From Muribaculaceae bacterium (GTDB lineage: Bacteria > Bacteroidota > Bacteroidia > Bacteroidales > Muribaculaceae): a stretch of DNA of 64,000 nt. The notes under the pieces were generated by a model that saw only the letters and a program-made list of their open reading frames with translations, was not told the origin of the DNA and ran no database searches. This document shows positions 9,960 through 19,841 of the stretch, one piece after another. The stretch covers positions 1,594 to 65,593 of the forward strand of contig JAFYNZ010000026.1 in the NCBI GenBank assembly GCA_017547845.1, given 5' to 3'. The stretch's first letter is position 1. Every line of letters starts with the position of its first letter. Made by a program: the position numbers and the translations under genes.

Positions 9960-12900
9960 GTGTTGAACGAACGACAATATAGCAGGATAAACGACATTTG
10001 TGGTTGGGTGGTGTTTGCAATCGCCTTGGCCACCTATTGGCTTACGCTCGAGCCGACGGCATCGTTGTGGGACTGTGGCGAGTATGTCGCACAAGCGGCT
10101 ATGCTCGAGGTGGGACACCCGCCGGGCAATCCGATTTTCATGCTTATGGGCAGAGTGTTTTGCAACTTTGCTTCTGATGCTTCGCAGATGGCTCTGATGG
10201 TTAATGCGATGAGCGGGCTGCTGAGTGCGTTGACCATATTACTGCTCTTTTGGACCATCACGGCGTTGGTGGTCAAGCATATGCGTAAGGGTGAGACGAT
10301 GCCTCGCTCGGCTCTTGTGGCGACGATGGGCAGTGGCGTGGTGGGTGCATTGGCCTACGCATGGAGCGATACATTCTGGTATTCGGCTGTGGAGGCAGAG
10401 GTCTATGCATTCTCATCGTTTTGCACGGCATTGGTCGTGTGGCTCGCATTGAAGTGGGAGCGACGTGCCGACGAGCCTCATTCCGACCGCTATCTGGTGC
10501 TGATAGCCTATGTCATAGGGGTGTCGGTGGCTGTGCATCTGCTCAATCTGCTTTGTATCCCTGCCATAGCACTGATATATGCCCGCCGTCGATGGGGACA
10601 CTTGTCATGGAAACGCACGATGGTGGTGTTGCTCATGTCGTTTGTGGTGGTCGGCTTGATACTGTTCGGACTCGTGCCTGGCTTTGTGAAGATGGCTCAG
10701 GGCATGGAGTTGTGGTGCGTCAACAGTTTGGGAATGCCCTACAATAGCGGGGCGTTGATATATGTGGCAATCGCCGTGGTGCTAATGGCTTGGTCCTTGG
10801 TCGAATTAGCAGTGCAACGCTCAGCATGGCGCGTGCGACTATCTGTGGCTTTGGCGATATTAGTGTCAGGGCTGCTTTGCATCGGCGACGGATTGTTGTC
10901 GCTGGTGTTGCCTGCCGTGATGTGTCTATGGGTACTCTTTTTCGACCGCCGACTCAGTGTGAGACTCTACAATATGGTGGTGTGGAGCATATTTGTGATA
11001 TTCGTAGGCTACTCGAGTTATGCTGTGATATTGCTCCGTGCCAATGCCAATCCTCCGATGAATCAGAATGCCGTCGACAATCTGTTTGCCCTATCGTCGT
11101 ATCTCAATCGCGAGCAATACAAAGCCCATCCGTTGCTATATGGTCCGACTCCCTTCTCGGAGCGTGTCAAACTTGAATACGAGAGCATCGATACGCTTAG
11201 CGGCGAAAGTTCCTACACCTATGGTTCTGCTCATAAAAAGCAAGGCAAACCACGCTATGTCAAGGCTGCAGGCAAGGTCGCACCGGAGTTGACAAGCGGA
11301 TTTGCTACAGTCGACGATTCGCTATCGAATGCCGCGCTGCTTGAGCGTGGTGGCGACTGCTATCTCTTCAACGACTACGACTATGAATATGTCATGACTC
11401 CCGAACTCAACATGGTCTTGCCTCGCATCTTCAGCTCGTCTCACATCGATGCCTACAAAGGATGGACCGGCATGACTCCCGAGAATATGGACAGCGTTGA
11501 GGTCTCTGATGCTGTCAATGCCGATGGCGACTTTGTGGTGATGGCAGATCCATTGACAGGAGAACGCACGGCACGTCGATTGCCTCGCCCTACCTTTGTG
11601 CAAAATATGAGCTATCTCTTTGGTTATCAGATTGGCTACATGTATATGCGCTATTTCATGTGGAATTTCTGTGGCCGACAGAACGACCTGCAGAGTCAAG
11701 GACAAGCCGATGCCGGGAATTTTATCACCGGAATATCGTGGGCAGACGATGCGATGCTTGGCAATCAGTCGCTGATGCCCGACGCTATCGGTCGCGACAA
11801 CAAGGGGCATAATGTCTACTATATGTTGCCGTTGTTGCTGGGTGTGCTCGGCATCATATGGCAGTGCAGACGCTCACGAGATGGTCGTGGACAGGCGTTC
11901 ATGGTATTTATGCTCTTCTTTATGACCGGCATTGCTATTGTCATCTATCTCAATCAGACTCCCGGCGAGCCCCGTGAGCGCGACTACGCATTTGCCGGCT
12001 CGTTCTACGCATTTGCCATCTGGATTGGTATGGGCGTGATGATGCTTTATCGACTGGTGGAATCAGCGACTAAACGGTTGAGGTTGGGCAAAACTGCAGT
12101 CGCTTCGGCAGCCGTTGTCATAGGACTGTGTGTGCCGTTGCAGATGCTCTCGCAGACAGCCGACGACCATGACCGTAGCGGTCGCACGATTGCTCGCGAT
12201 GCGGCAGTCAACTATCTTGAAAGCCTCGAGCCGAATGCCATACTCTTCACCAATGGCGACAACTTCACATTTCCTCTCTGGTATGCACAAGAGGTGGAGG
12301 GTGTGCGTCGCGATGTCAGAATCATCAACCTCGCTTATCTGTCGACCGAGTGGTATGCTTCTCAATTGATGCTCCCTGTCTACAATGCCGCTCCTGTGCC
12401 TACTACTGCCACGCCTCAGGATATCGCGATGCGTCGTCGCAAGATAGCCTATTTCTTCGACTGCGATGCTACGTCGACCGATGCTGTCGAGTCGTTGCGT
12501 GAAATCTATGCCGACTCAGCGTGCGACAATCATCGCCGTCTGCCTCGTGTGGCTCATCCGGTCATCACCGTTCCTCTCGATCGTGAGGCATTGCTCCGTG
12601 CCGGGGTGGTGGAAGAGAGTGATACAGCCCATCTGCCCCAAGTGATGACTATCGACATGCGTAAGATGCTGTCGGGCCGTACATCTTATATCCGCATGGA
12701 CGAACTTTTGATGCTCGACATCATTGCAACCAACGCTGCTAACGGTTGGGAGCGTCCTATCTATTGGATGAATATGTGTAGCGGCAAAGATTTGCTCGGA
12801 TTCTCACCCTATCTGCGCCAAGAGGCTTTGGCTTATCGGTTGACACCTGTCAACCGCGCCGGTTGCATCTCTATTGACACCGATCGCTCACTCGCTGCCG

Positions 12901-13712
12901 TTGATAGATTTGCTTGGGGAGAAAAGACCGCCGACCGCCGACCATACTATGACGATATGAATGGCAAGATGCTGTCCTATCAGCGTCGAATGCTTATAGA
13001 GTTGGCTACGGCCTTAATCGATGAGGCAGAGATGATGCCTCAGCAGAGGACGCAGAAACTCGACGATGCTTTGCGACTGTTGACAATTATCGCCGACTAT
13101 ATGCCCGCGGAAGCATATCGCTATGTGACCTACACCAAGGACTATGTGCCTCGCTCAGAGGCTGTCGATATCGCCCGTTGCTATATCCGTATCTCAGAAT
13201 TTACCCACGATGAGTCGCTGAAGACCATTGCTCGCGATCAGCTCACGACCGCTATCTATGAAGGTGCGAAATACTATCGCTACTATCATTCGCTCGGAAG
13301 CAAGGCTGCATATACGACTGCCTACACCTCGCTCGCGGCTCGCAATTTCTTCGAGGCAATCGACCTCTATCGCCACTACTTCGGCGACGATGCAGAGTTG
13401 AGAGAGAGGTTGTCTTATGTCGATTTCGACAAGGCAGAGAAGTCGTGGAGTCTTTATCACACGCGACAGACCTTGCTGCGCGATGCTCGACCGTTGAGTC
13501 GTTACGATGCCCTTGAGTTGTCGCAGAGAGAGCGTGAGTCGCAGGCTCTGAAGAGTGCTGATAGCACCATGTCGCAACGCTTGCAGCGCTTCGTCAAGCT
13601 TGGAGGCGATATAGAGACGCTACAGTCGTACGCAGAGTTTGCAGAGTTTCCGTTTGAACGATATATCGACACAATAGGGTCCATCGGCGAGGCTTCGTCT
13701 GAGAAAAATTGA
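9960..13712 (+). CDS. DUF2723 family multi-pass membrane protein (TMEM260-like GT-C)
   Basis: TLEPTASLWDCGEY, VGHPPGNP, AVEAEVY, PRERDYAFAGS, GDNFTFPLWY motifs. Confidence 0.85.
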   Translation: MLNERQYSRINDICGWVVFAIALATYWLTLEPTASLWDCGEYVAQAAMLEVGHPPGNPIFMLMGRVFCNFASDASQMALMVNAMSGLLSALTILLLFWTITALVVKHMRKGETMPRSALVATMGSGVVGALAYAWSDTFWYSAVEAEVYAFSSFCTALVVWLALKWERRADEPHSDRYLVLIAYVIGVSVAVHLLNLLCIPAIALIYARRRWGHLSWKRTMVVLLMSFVVVGLILFGLVPGFVKMAQGMELWCVNSLGMPYNSGALIYVAIAVVLMAWSLVELAVQRSAWRVRLSVALAILVSGLLCIGDGLLSLVLPAVMCLWVLFFDRRLSVRLYNMVVWSIFVIFVGYSSYAVILLRANANPPMNQNAVDNLFALSSYLNREQYKAHPLLYGPTPFSERVKLEYESIDTLSGESSYTYGSAHKKQGKPRYVKAAGKVAPELTSGFATVDDSLSNAALLERGGDCYLFNDYDYEYVMTPELNMVLPRIFSSSHIDAYKGWTGMTPENMDSVEVSDAVNADGDFVVMADPLTGERTARRLPRPTFVQNMSYLFGYQIGYMYMRYFMWNFCGRQNDLQSQGQADAGNFITGISWADDAMLGNQSLMPDAIGRDNKGHNVYYMLPLLLGVLGIIWQCRRSRDGRGQAFMVFMLFFMTGIAIVIYLNQTPGEPRERDYAFAGSFYAFAIWIGMGVMMLYRLVESATKRLRLGKTAVASAAVVIGLCVPLQMLSQTADDHDRSGRTIARDAAVNYLESLEPNAILFTNGDNFTFPLWYAQEVEGVRRDVRIINLAYLSTEWYASQLMLPVYNAAPVPTTATPQDIAMRRRKIAYFFDCDATSTDAVESLREIYADSACDNHRRLPRVAHPVITVPLDREALLRAGVVEESDTAHLPQVMTIDMRKMLSGRTSYIRMDELLMLDIIATNAANGWERPIYWMNMCSGKDLLGFSPYLRQEALAYRLTPVNRAGCISIDTDRSLAAVDRFAWGEKTADRRPYYDDMNGKMLSYQRRMLIELATALIDEAEMMPQQRTQKLDDALRLLTIIADYMPAEAYRYVTYTKDYVPRSEAVDIARCYIRISEFTHDESLKTIARDQLTTAIYEGAKYYRYYHSLGSKAAYTTAYTSLAARNFFEAIDLYRHYFGDDAELRERLSYVDFDKAEKSWSLYHTRQTLLRDARPLSRYDALELSQRERESQALKSADSTMSQRLQRFVKLGGDIETLQSYAEFAEFPFERYIDTIGSIGEASSEKN

Positions 13713-13794
13713 CTAACTTTGCAAAGCAAAATTCGACTAGGGTTGTTATAACACGGAGCAAACGGCTGTTTGTCCCCTAAATGCGTATGCAAAA

Positions 13795-15177
13795 ATGAGT
13801 AAATCATCACTTCAACGGTTAAAGATATGGAATGCCTACAAGGCTGAATATAAGACACTTCTTCGACTTGGGTTGCCGGTATTGGTGACGCAATTGGGCA
13901 TCATTGTGGTCAGTTTTGCCGACACGATGATGGTCGGCATGTATGGCACAAAGGAATTGGCTGCCGCATCTTTTGTCAACAATTTCTTCATGGTCGCTAT
14001 CGTCATGCTGATAGGTTTTGCGTCGGGTGTGACACCGTTGGTCGGTGCACTCTATAGCCAGAAGAAAGACCTTGAAGTAGGCCGCACGTTGCGCGTGACA
14101 TCGCATCTCAATGCAGCTGCCGGAGTTGTGTTTACCATCATAATGGGTATAGCCTACTTTTTTCTCGATCGTATGGGACAGCCCGACGAATTGCTCTATC
14201 TCATACGCCCCTACTACCTTATAGTGTTATCTTCGCTTGTGCCTATGGCTATATTCAACTGTTTTCAGCAGACGGCCAATGGCACGACCGACACCGCCAT
14301 GCCGATGTGGATTATGCTCGGCATGAATGTGTTTAACATCTGTGGCAACTATCTACTCATCTTCGGACATCTTGGTCTTCCGGAACTCGGACTTATCGGG
14401 GCTGGTATTAGCACCCTGTTGGCAAGAATTATAGGCATGGTTGTCATCGTGACACTCGTCATGATTCGCCGTCGTTATCGCTCTTATCGCCAAGGATTTT
14501 TGCATCAGCCTGCTTTGTCGGGTGAGCATCGAAAGGCGTTGAAAGTGTCATTGCCGGTGATGTTTCAGAGTGGTGTAGAGTGTCTGTTGTGGTCGTTTGG
14601 CGCAGTAGTCTGTGGATGGTTTGGAACATTGCAATTGGCAGGCTATCAAGTGGTAGTGACCATCAGTCAACTCGGTTTTATGACCTACCTCAGTTTCGGT
14701 ATTGCTACATCTATCCGTGTGGCAAACTATATGGGTGTGCGCGACTATGTGGCTGCCGACCGTATCTCGTCGGCAGGATTGCATCTCAACCTTGTGTTGT
14801 GCACCATAGCCAGTTGTATATTCTGGTTAGGCTCTGACCATCTTATGGGATTGTTTACCGACGACGCTGAGGTGATAGCAGTGGCGGCGACATTGATATT
14901 TCCGTTGATACTCCATCAGTTTGGTGATGCAGTGCAGATCACTTATGCCAACGCTCAGCGTGGCACGTCTCGTGTCACCCCATTATTGTGGGTGTCGATA
15001 ATCTCCTATCTTATGGTGGGCATACCATTGTTGTTGGTGCTCTCTATCACATTCGATATGCAGAGCGTCGGAGTCTACTATAGTTTTTCGGGCGCACTAT
15101 TCCTAGCGGCAATACTCCTCTACAAAGCCTTCAAACGCACCATTCGCCGCGCTTCTGCCGCGCACCCCTCTCGCTAA
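13795..15177 (+). CDS. MATE family efflux transporter
   Basis: About 12 TM segments; DTMMVG, PELGLIGAGIST; TAACTTTG at 13714-13721. Confidence 0.9.
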   Translation: MSKSSLQRLKIWNAYKAEYKTLLRLGLPVLVTQLGIIVVSFADTMMVGMYGTKELAAASFVNNFFMVAIVMLIGFASGVTPLVGALYSQKKDLEVGRTLRVTSHLNAAAGVVFTIIMGIAYFFLDRMGQPDELLYLIRPYYLIVLSSLVPMAIFNCFQQTANGTTDTAMPMWIMLGMNVFNICGNYLLIFGHLGLPELGLIGAGISTLLARIIGMVVIVTLVMIRRRYRSYRQGFLHQPALSGEHRKALKVSLPVMFQSGVECLLWSFGAVVCGWFGTLQLAGYQVVVTISQLGFMTYLSFGIATSIRVANYMGVRDYVAADRISSAGLHLNLVLCTIASCIFWLGSDHLMGLFTDDAEVIAVAATLIFPLILHQFGDAVQITYANAQRGTSRVTPLLWVSIISYLMVGIPLLLVLSITFDMQSVGVYYSFSGALFLAAILLYKAFKRTIRRASAAHPSR

Positions 15178-15311
15178 TCCGAAAAAGACTTGGAGAAAAT
15201 GTCTTAAATCACCCTCTCGCACCAAATATTGGCTTAAAGGTGGTATGATACCACCTAAAATGGTAGTCTTTAACACTTACTCCCCAATCTTGAGGTAAGG
15301 TTATATAGTAG

Positions 15312-15350
15312 CAAAGGAGAAAAAGTCTACGGTAGACTCTTTCTCCTTTG
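15312..15350. terminator. Long hairpin between convergent genes (likely bidirectional terminator)
   Basis: caaaggagaaa-a-agtctac-g-gtagact-c-tttctcctttg. Confidence 0.7.
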
Positions 15351-15375
15351 TGGTATTGTGTTGAAAGGATAGGTG

Positions 15376-16023
15376 TTATTTGCGTTTTTTGAATGTGGCT
15401 GTCTTGGCAGTGATAGCGATTGTCACCACGTTGCCTTCCGACTCGTAGCTGTAGAGAAGGAAGTCGATGTTGTTGCCGTCGTTGTCGACCACATAGGCCT
15501 CGGCTGTCTGTGGGCTGTCAATGGTAGGCAATGACTTGAGAATGATGCGACTGCGGAAGTCTACTCCCTCCATCAGTGCTGCTTTGAATAGTGCCTCTTT
15601 GGCTGTCCATGCGATAACGTTGGCCACTACATCGTCGGCAGGGACCATAGCGAGTTCGTCATCGTTGAGGTAGCGTTCGCGCACCTTGAGCACTTGCTTA
15701 CGCTCCTTTGATTCGACGTCGATGCCGAGAGCTGTGCGTGGAGAGAAGACCGATAGGTCGGCTTCCGGGGTGCGTGGCAATGATGCGACGATAAGCATGT
15801 GGCCGGTGTGGGACACGGAGATACGTGAAGACTCGCCGTCGAGGAATGGAGCGCCCGACTCATAGTGGTCGATGACACGATAGGCGTCCTTGCTGTTTTC
15901 GCTGAACACCTGCTTGGCAAAAGCGACCCAGTTTGGTCCCGACAATTGCTCGTAGCCTGTGATTTCTTCCACTTGTACACCGATCGGGGTGTTATGTCGA
16001 TAATAGATAAATTCGGTTTCCAT
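15376..16023 (-). CDS. 4'-phosphopantetheinyl transferase superfamily protein
   Basis: GAPFL, ISVSHT, GIDVE, WTAKEALFKA motifs; downstream of gldE as is usual in Bacteroidetes. Confidence 0.88.
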   Translation of the reverse strand: METEFIYYRHNTPIGVQVEEITGYEQLSGPNWVAFAKQVFSENSKDAYRVIDHYESGAPFLDGESSRISVSHTGHMLIVASLPRTPEADLSVFSPRTALGIDVESKERKQVLKVRERYLNDDELAMVPADDVVANVIAWTAKEALFKAALMEGVDFRSRIILKSLPTIDSPQTAEAYVVDNDGNNIDFLLYSYESEGNVVTIAITAKTATFKKRK

Positions 16024-16058
16024 AGTTTGTGTGGGGATTAGAGAGTTGTTGAGAAAAG

Positions 16059-17438
16059 TTAGTCCTCCGGGTTGCTTGCGTCACTTTGGATTTCGCTCAT
16101 CACCTTAACGCGGACGGAGATGATGCGATGTCGGCGTATTTCGAGCACCAAGAAACGGCAACGACCGCCGACCACCGACTCGTTTTTGGTCGGGAAGTCG
16201 CCCTTGAGCGAGAGGATAAGGCCGGCAAGTGTTTCGACTTCGCCAATTTCGCCAAACTCTTCCTCTTCTACGCCTGTCACACGGCAGAAGTCGCTAAGCG
16301 AGATTTTGGCCTCAAAGACGTAGGTGTCATCGGATAGTTGCTGATAGAGTTTGTCTTCCTCATCGTATTCGTCATCGATGTCGCCGACAATCTCTTCCAA
16401 GATGTCTTCCAGAGTCACGATGCCTTGTGTGCAACCATACTCGTCGACCACAATTGCGATGTGGGTTTTCTTGCGACGGAAATCCTCGAGCAAGTCGTCG
16501 ATCATCTTCGACTCAGGGATGAAGAATGCGGGACGCAGCAAATTTTGCCACTTGAAAGAGTCGTCGCGTTTGCCGATATAAGGGATAAGGTCCTTGCTAT
16601 AGAGCACGCCCTTAATGTTGTCTTGAGTCTTGTCGTAGACCGGAATGCGAGAGAAACCCGATTGAAGGATAGTCTCGACCACCTCGCTCCAAGAGCTGTT
16701 CCAGTCGATGTCGGTCACATCGATGCGCGACACCATGATTTCCGACACCTCCTTTTCGCCAAACGAAAGGATACCTTCGAGCATCTCTTTGTCTTGTTCC
16801 GACTTGACATCGGAGATTTCGAGTGCTTGAGATAGTTCATCGGTCGAGATGCTATCGGCACGCTTGGTGATGACGCGATTGACGAGCGTCGTAGAGCGAG
16901 CCATCAGTTTGGCCAACGGACCGACAATATTATAGACTACGGTCAGCGGACCGGCTGCAAACAACGCCCATTTCTTCTTGCGACCTTTAGCCACCAACTT
17001 AGGGAAGATTTCGCCAAAGAGGAGCAAGAGGAATGTCAAGAAGACAGTCTGTAGCAAGAAGTCGACCACCGGACTATTAAACACAACAGTCTGGCTGATG
17101 GCAAACGACAGCAAGATGACGAGCGTCACATTGACAAGATTGTTGGATATAAGGATAGTGGCGAGGAGGCGTTCGCTTTGAGAGATGAGGTTGAAAGCCT
17201 TGCTATGATTGTCATCGTCTTGGTTTTCTTCCAGTTCTTCAATGTCTTGCGGAGTGAGTCCGAAGAAAGCGATTTCGCTACCCGACACGAATGCCGACAT
17301 ACAAAGGCAGAGCAAAGCTACGCCTACGATAAGAGCCCAACTCAGCCATGAGTCGGGTGCATGAAACTCGATTACTCGTTGGAGAAGTATTGATAAATTC
17401 ACCGTCAAAGACGGCGTAGGTAAAGGGTCTGTGTCCAA
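16059..17438 (-). CDS. gldE: GldE (CNNM/DUF21-CBS-CorC) protein
   Basis: SGSEIAFF, FGEIFPK, FSRIPVY, VVDEYG..GIVTLEDILEEIVG. Start set at TTG 17438 (MDTDP...) because the 17468 start lies inside the -7 promoter element. Confidence 0.85.
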   Translation of the reverse strand: MDTDPLPTPSLTVNLSILLQRVIEFHAPDSWLSWALIVGVALLCLCMSAFVSGSEIAFFGLTPQDIEELEENQDDDNHSKAFNLISQSERLLATILISNNLVNVTLVILLSFAISQTVVFNSPVVDFLLQTVFLTFLLLLFGEIFPKLVAKGRKKKWALFAAGPLTVVYNIVGPLAKLMARSTTLVNRVITKRADSISTDELSQALEISDVKSEQDKEMLEGILSFGEKEVSEIMVSRIDVTDIDWNSSWSEVVETILQSGFSRIPVYDKTQDNIKGVLYSKDLIPYIGKRDDSFKWQNLLRPAFFIPESKMIDDLLEDFRRKKTHIAIVVDEYGCTQGIVTLEDILEEIVGDIDDEYDEEDKLYQQLSDDTYVFEAKISLSDFCRVTGVEEEEFGEIGEVETLAGLILSLKGDFPTKNESVVGGRCRFLVLEIRRHRIISVRVKVMSEIQSDASNPED

Positions 17439-17466
17439 AATTCGTTCAAAAATTGATTTATGTTGC

Positions 17467-17572
17467 AAAGTTAAGCAAACGAGAGCAGAATACCAAACGA
17501 AATCGCAGATTTCAAGTTTGGTTTATGCCGAGTGCCGCCAAACTTATGAAAAGTTAAGCAAACGAAAGCAGA
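17467..17572. repeat. Dispersed intergenic repeat, copy 1 (full unit plus partial second unit, internal palindrome)
   Basis: aaagttaagcaaacga.agcaga occurs twice; gccgcc(a/g)aacttatgaaaagtta is shared 22/23 with 28976-28998. Confidence 0.7.
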
Positions 17573-17617
17573 CGGACGGTGACTGAATGGGCGTAATTTA
17601 TGTTTAATGGATATTAT

Positions 17618-17682
17618 AACTTGCCGATAACGGCAAAAAGTGCTATATTTGCACAAAAATTCGTAAATAAACTTGCCGATAA
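17618..17682 (+). promoter_or_regulatory. fic promoter with operator-like palindrome
   Basis: ttgccg-ataa-cggcaa (17621-17636), TATATTTG (17644-17651), repeat of aacttgccgataa at 17670-17682. Confidence 0.6.
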
Positions 17683-17685
17683 GAA

Positions 17686-18579
17686 ATGAGTGTGAAATAT
17701 TTTTCGGTAGCAGAGTTCGCTGCAAAACATTGTATCGCAGAACGCACGGTTCGTAACTATTGTGCCCGAGGTGAGCTGGATGGTGCAATACTTGTAGGCA
17801 AAACATGGAGTATTCCTGCTGATGCTGAGATGCCGAGTCGCAAGCATCGCAAACTTAAAGCAATGCCATTGCTGACAGTATTACGACAAGAGAAAGAATC
17901 AAAACTGAAAGGAGGAGTCTATCATAGAACACAGATAGACTTTACCTACAATTCAAATCATATTGAGGGCAGTCGGTTGACGCACGACCAGACTCGTTGT
18001 ATTTTTGAAACCAATACCATCGGTTTTGAGGGCGAGAGTGTGAATGTAGATGATGTGATCGAGACAGTCAATCATTTCCGATGTGTTGACTTGATAATAG
18101 AAAAGGCTGAAGAGCGACTTACCGAAAAGATTATCAAGGAGTTGCATCTGATTCTTAAGTCGGGGACTTCTGATAGTCGCAAGGATTGGTTTGCAATCGG
18201 CGACTACAAACGCTTGCCTAATGAGGTCGGAGGGTGTGTTACGACAGCTCCCGAAGATGTGCATCGACAGCTCAAGATGTTGCTTAAAGAGTATAATGCT
18301 ATCAAGTATAAGACGCTTGACGATATTATCGACATGCATCAGCGCTTTGAGGCGATACATCCGTTTCAAGATGGCAATGGTCGAGTGGGGCGACTTATAA
18401 TGTTTAAGGAGTGTCTTGCAAATGGTCATGTGCCATTCATTATAACCGACGAGTTGAAAATGTTTTATTATAGAGGTCTGCACGAATGGCCGCAGATAAA
18501 GGAATATCTACGTGATACTTGTCTGACTGCCCAAGATAATTATAAACTGATACTTGATTATTTTAGAATCAAATATTAA
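17686..18579 (+). CDS. Fic family protein with N-terminal HTH
   Basis: HPFQDGNGRVGR catalytic motif; SNHIEG inhibitory helix; excisionase-like HTH (SVAEFAAKHCIAERTVRNYC). Confidence 0.92.
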   Translation: MSVKYFSVAEFAAKHCIAERTVRNYCARGELDGAILVGKTWSIPADAEMPSRKHRKLKAMPLLTVLRQEKESKLKGGVYHRTQIDFTYNSNHIEGSRLTHDQTRCIFETNTIGFEGESVNVDDVIETVNHFRCVDLIIEKAEERLTEKIIKELHLILKSGTSDSRKDWFAIGDYKRLPNEVGGCVTTAPEDVHRQLKMLLKEYNAIKYKTLDDIIDMHQRFEAIHPFQDGNGRVGRLIMFKECLANGHVPFIITDELKMFYYRGLHEWPQIKEYLRDTCLTAQDNYKLILDYFRIKY

Positions 18580-18729
18580 AAGGGCTGCTTAGGCATGGCG
18601 AAGATGGCCGGAAGACCGATTTTGTGGATTTTTGCAGTAGAAAAGTGTTAAAAATGCATTGTGGGGGGAGTAAATTAAATTATTTTATGTATATTCGCGG
18701 TCAGTATTAACCTATAAACCTATATTGAT

Positions 18730-19587
18730 ATGAAAACATTAAGATTTTTGGCCATGTTTGCCACAATGATTTGTATGAGCTTGTTAGTGTCTTGTTCCGA
18801 CAAGAATGATGAGCCGGACGGACCGAGCGATCCACCTGCAGAGCTCTTATATACGTTTAGTCAGAACGACTTAAAACTTGACAACACCTTCAACGAGATG
18901 GAGATCCAAGTGGCTAATGCCGACCAATTGGGCGATTGGGAAGTCAATGAATATACCATGAAGGTATACGACCCGAGTGGTGTAAAAGAGTATGTTTTTG
19001 AGCATGATAGTCGCTACTTTGGTATCAATAAGATAGATGCTTCGAAATTTGTGTTACGCGTAGGTGCAAATGGAGGCTATGCTAGAACACTCACTTACAA
19101 ATTTGAAAGCATAGAGAGTGATGCGGTGGGCTATCTTGTCGTAAACCAAGAGATATCCGACAAGCCCGACTACATTTGGGATTATGCGCCACTTTCCCTC
19201 TCTTTTTATGTATATGACGAGCAGGGTGTGAATCTCGTAGATAAAATGAGCAAGGAGGAGCTTTTTGCTGCGCTTACAGTCACTTTCCGTGGTAGTGATT
19301 TTACTCTCGAAGACGGAAAGCCGATGCCTAAACGAGCTATAGCACCGACATGGACTGGTCTTGCCAGAGCGACTGATAGAGAAGGAGAAGATTATTTGAG
19401 TTTTGGCGAGTTTGAAGGTGGTGGTTTCTTTAGAGACGAAGAGGTCGTGATCAAGTGGAGCGATGGCTCGACCGAAACAATTCTATTTAGCTCGCATATT
19501 GAGAAAGCAGGGGAAATCGAAAGCTCATACTCTCTCAACGGTGTAGTTCAGGAAAAAGCCAAGTTCCGTTTCGTCAAAAACTTGTGA
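18730..19587 (+). CDS. Lipoprotein of unknown function
   Basis: Lipobox LVSC followed by the acidic SDKNDEP segment typical of Bacteroidetes surface lipoproteins. Confidence 0.7.
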   Translation: MKTLRFLAMFATMICMSLLVSCSDKNDEPDGPSDPPAELLYTFSQNDLKLDNTFNEMEIQVANADQLGDWEVNEYTMKVYDPSGVKEYVFEHDSRYFGINKIDASKFVLRVGANGGYARTLTYKFESIESDAVGYLVVNQEISDKPDYIWDYAPLSLSFYVYDEQGVNLVDKMSKEELFAALTVTFRGSDFTLEDGKPMPKRAIAPTWTGLARATDREGEDYLSFGEFEGGGFFRDEEVVIKWSDGSTETILFSSHIEKAGEIESSYSLNGVVQEKAKFRFVKNL

Positions 19588-19841
19588 TCTAAAAGGACTT
19601 CATAATTGATGTCGACAGATTGTCGCATCGGAAGAAATACATATTCAAGGGTCGGTTTCGATATAGTCGGAGCCGGCTCTTGAGCATTTCTGTGGCTTTG
19701 TCATGGGGGAGAATATTGGTGAAATCGGGTGTTAAGAGTCTAAATTTCTTTAATTTAAGGTGTAAATGTGGAGAATTGCACATTTTTTTGTAACTTTGCT
19801 CTCTAATATAGTTTTGTTAATCATTTAATCAAAGATATAAG

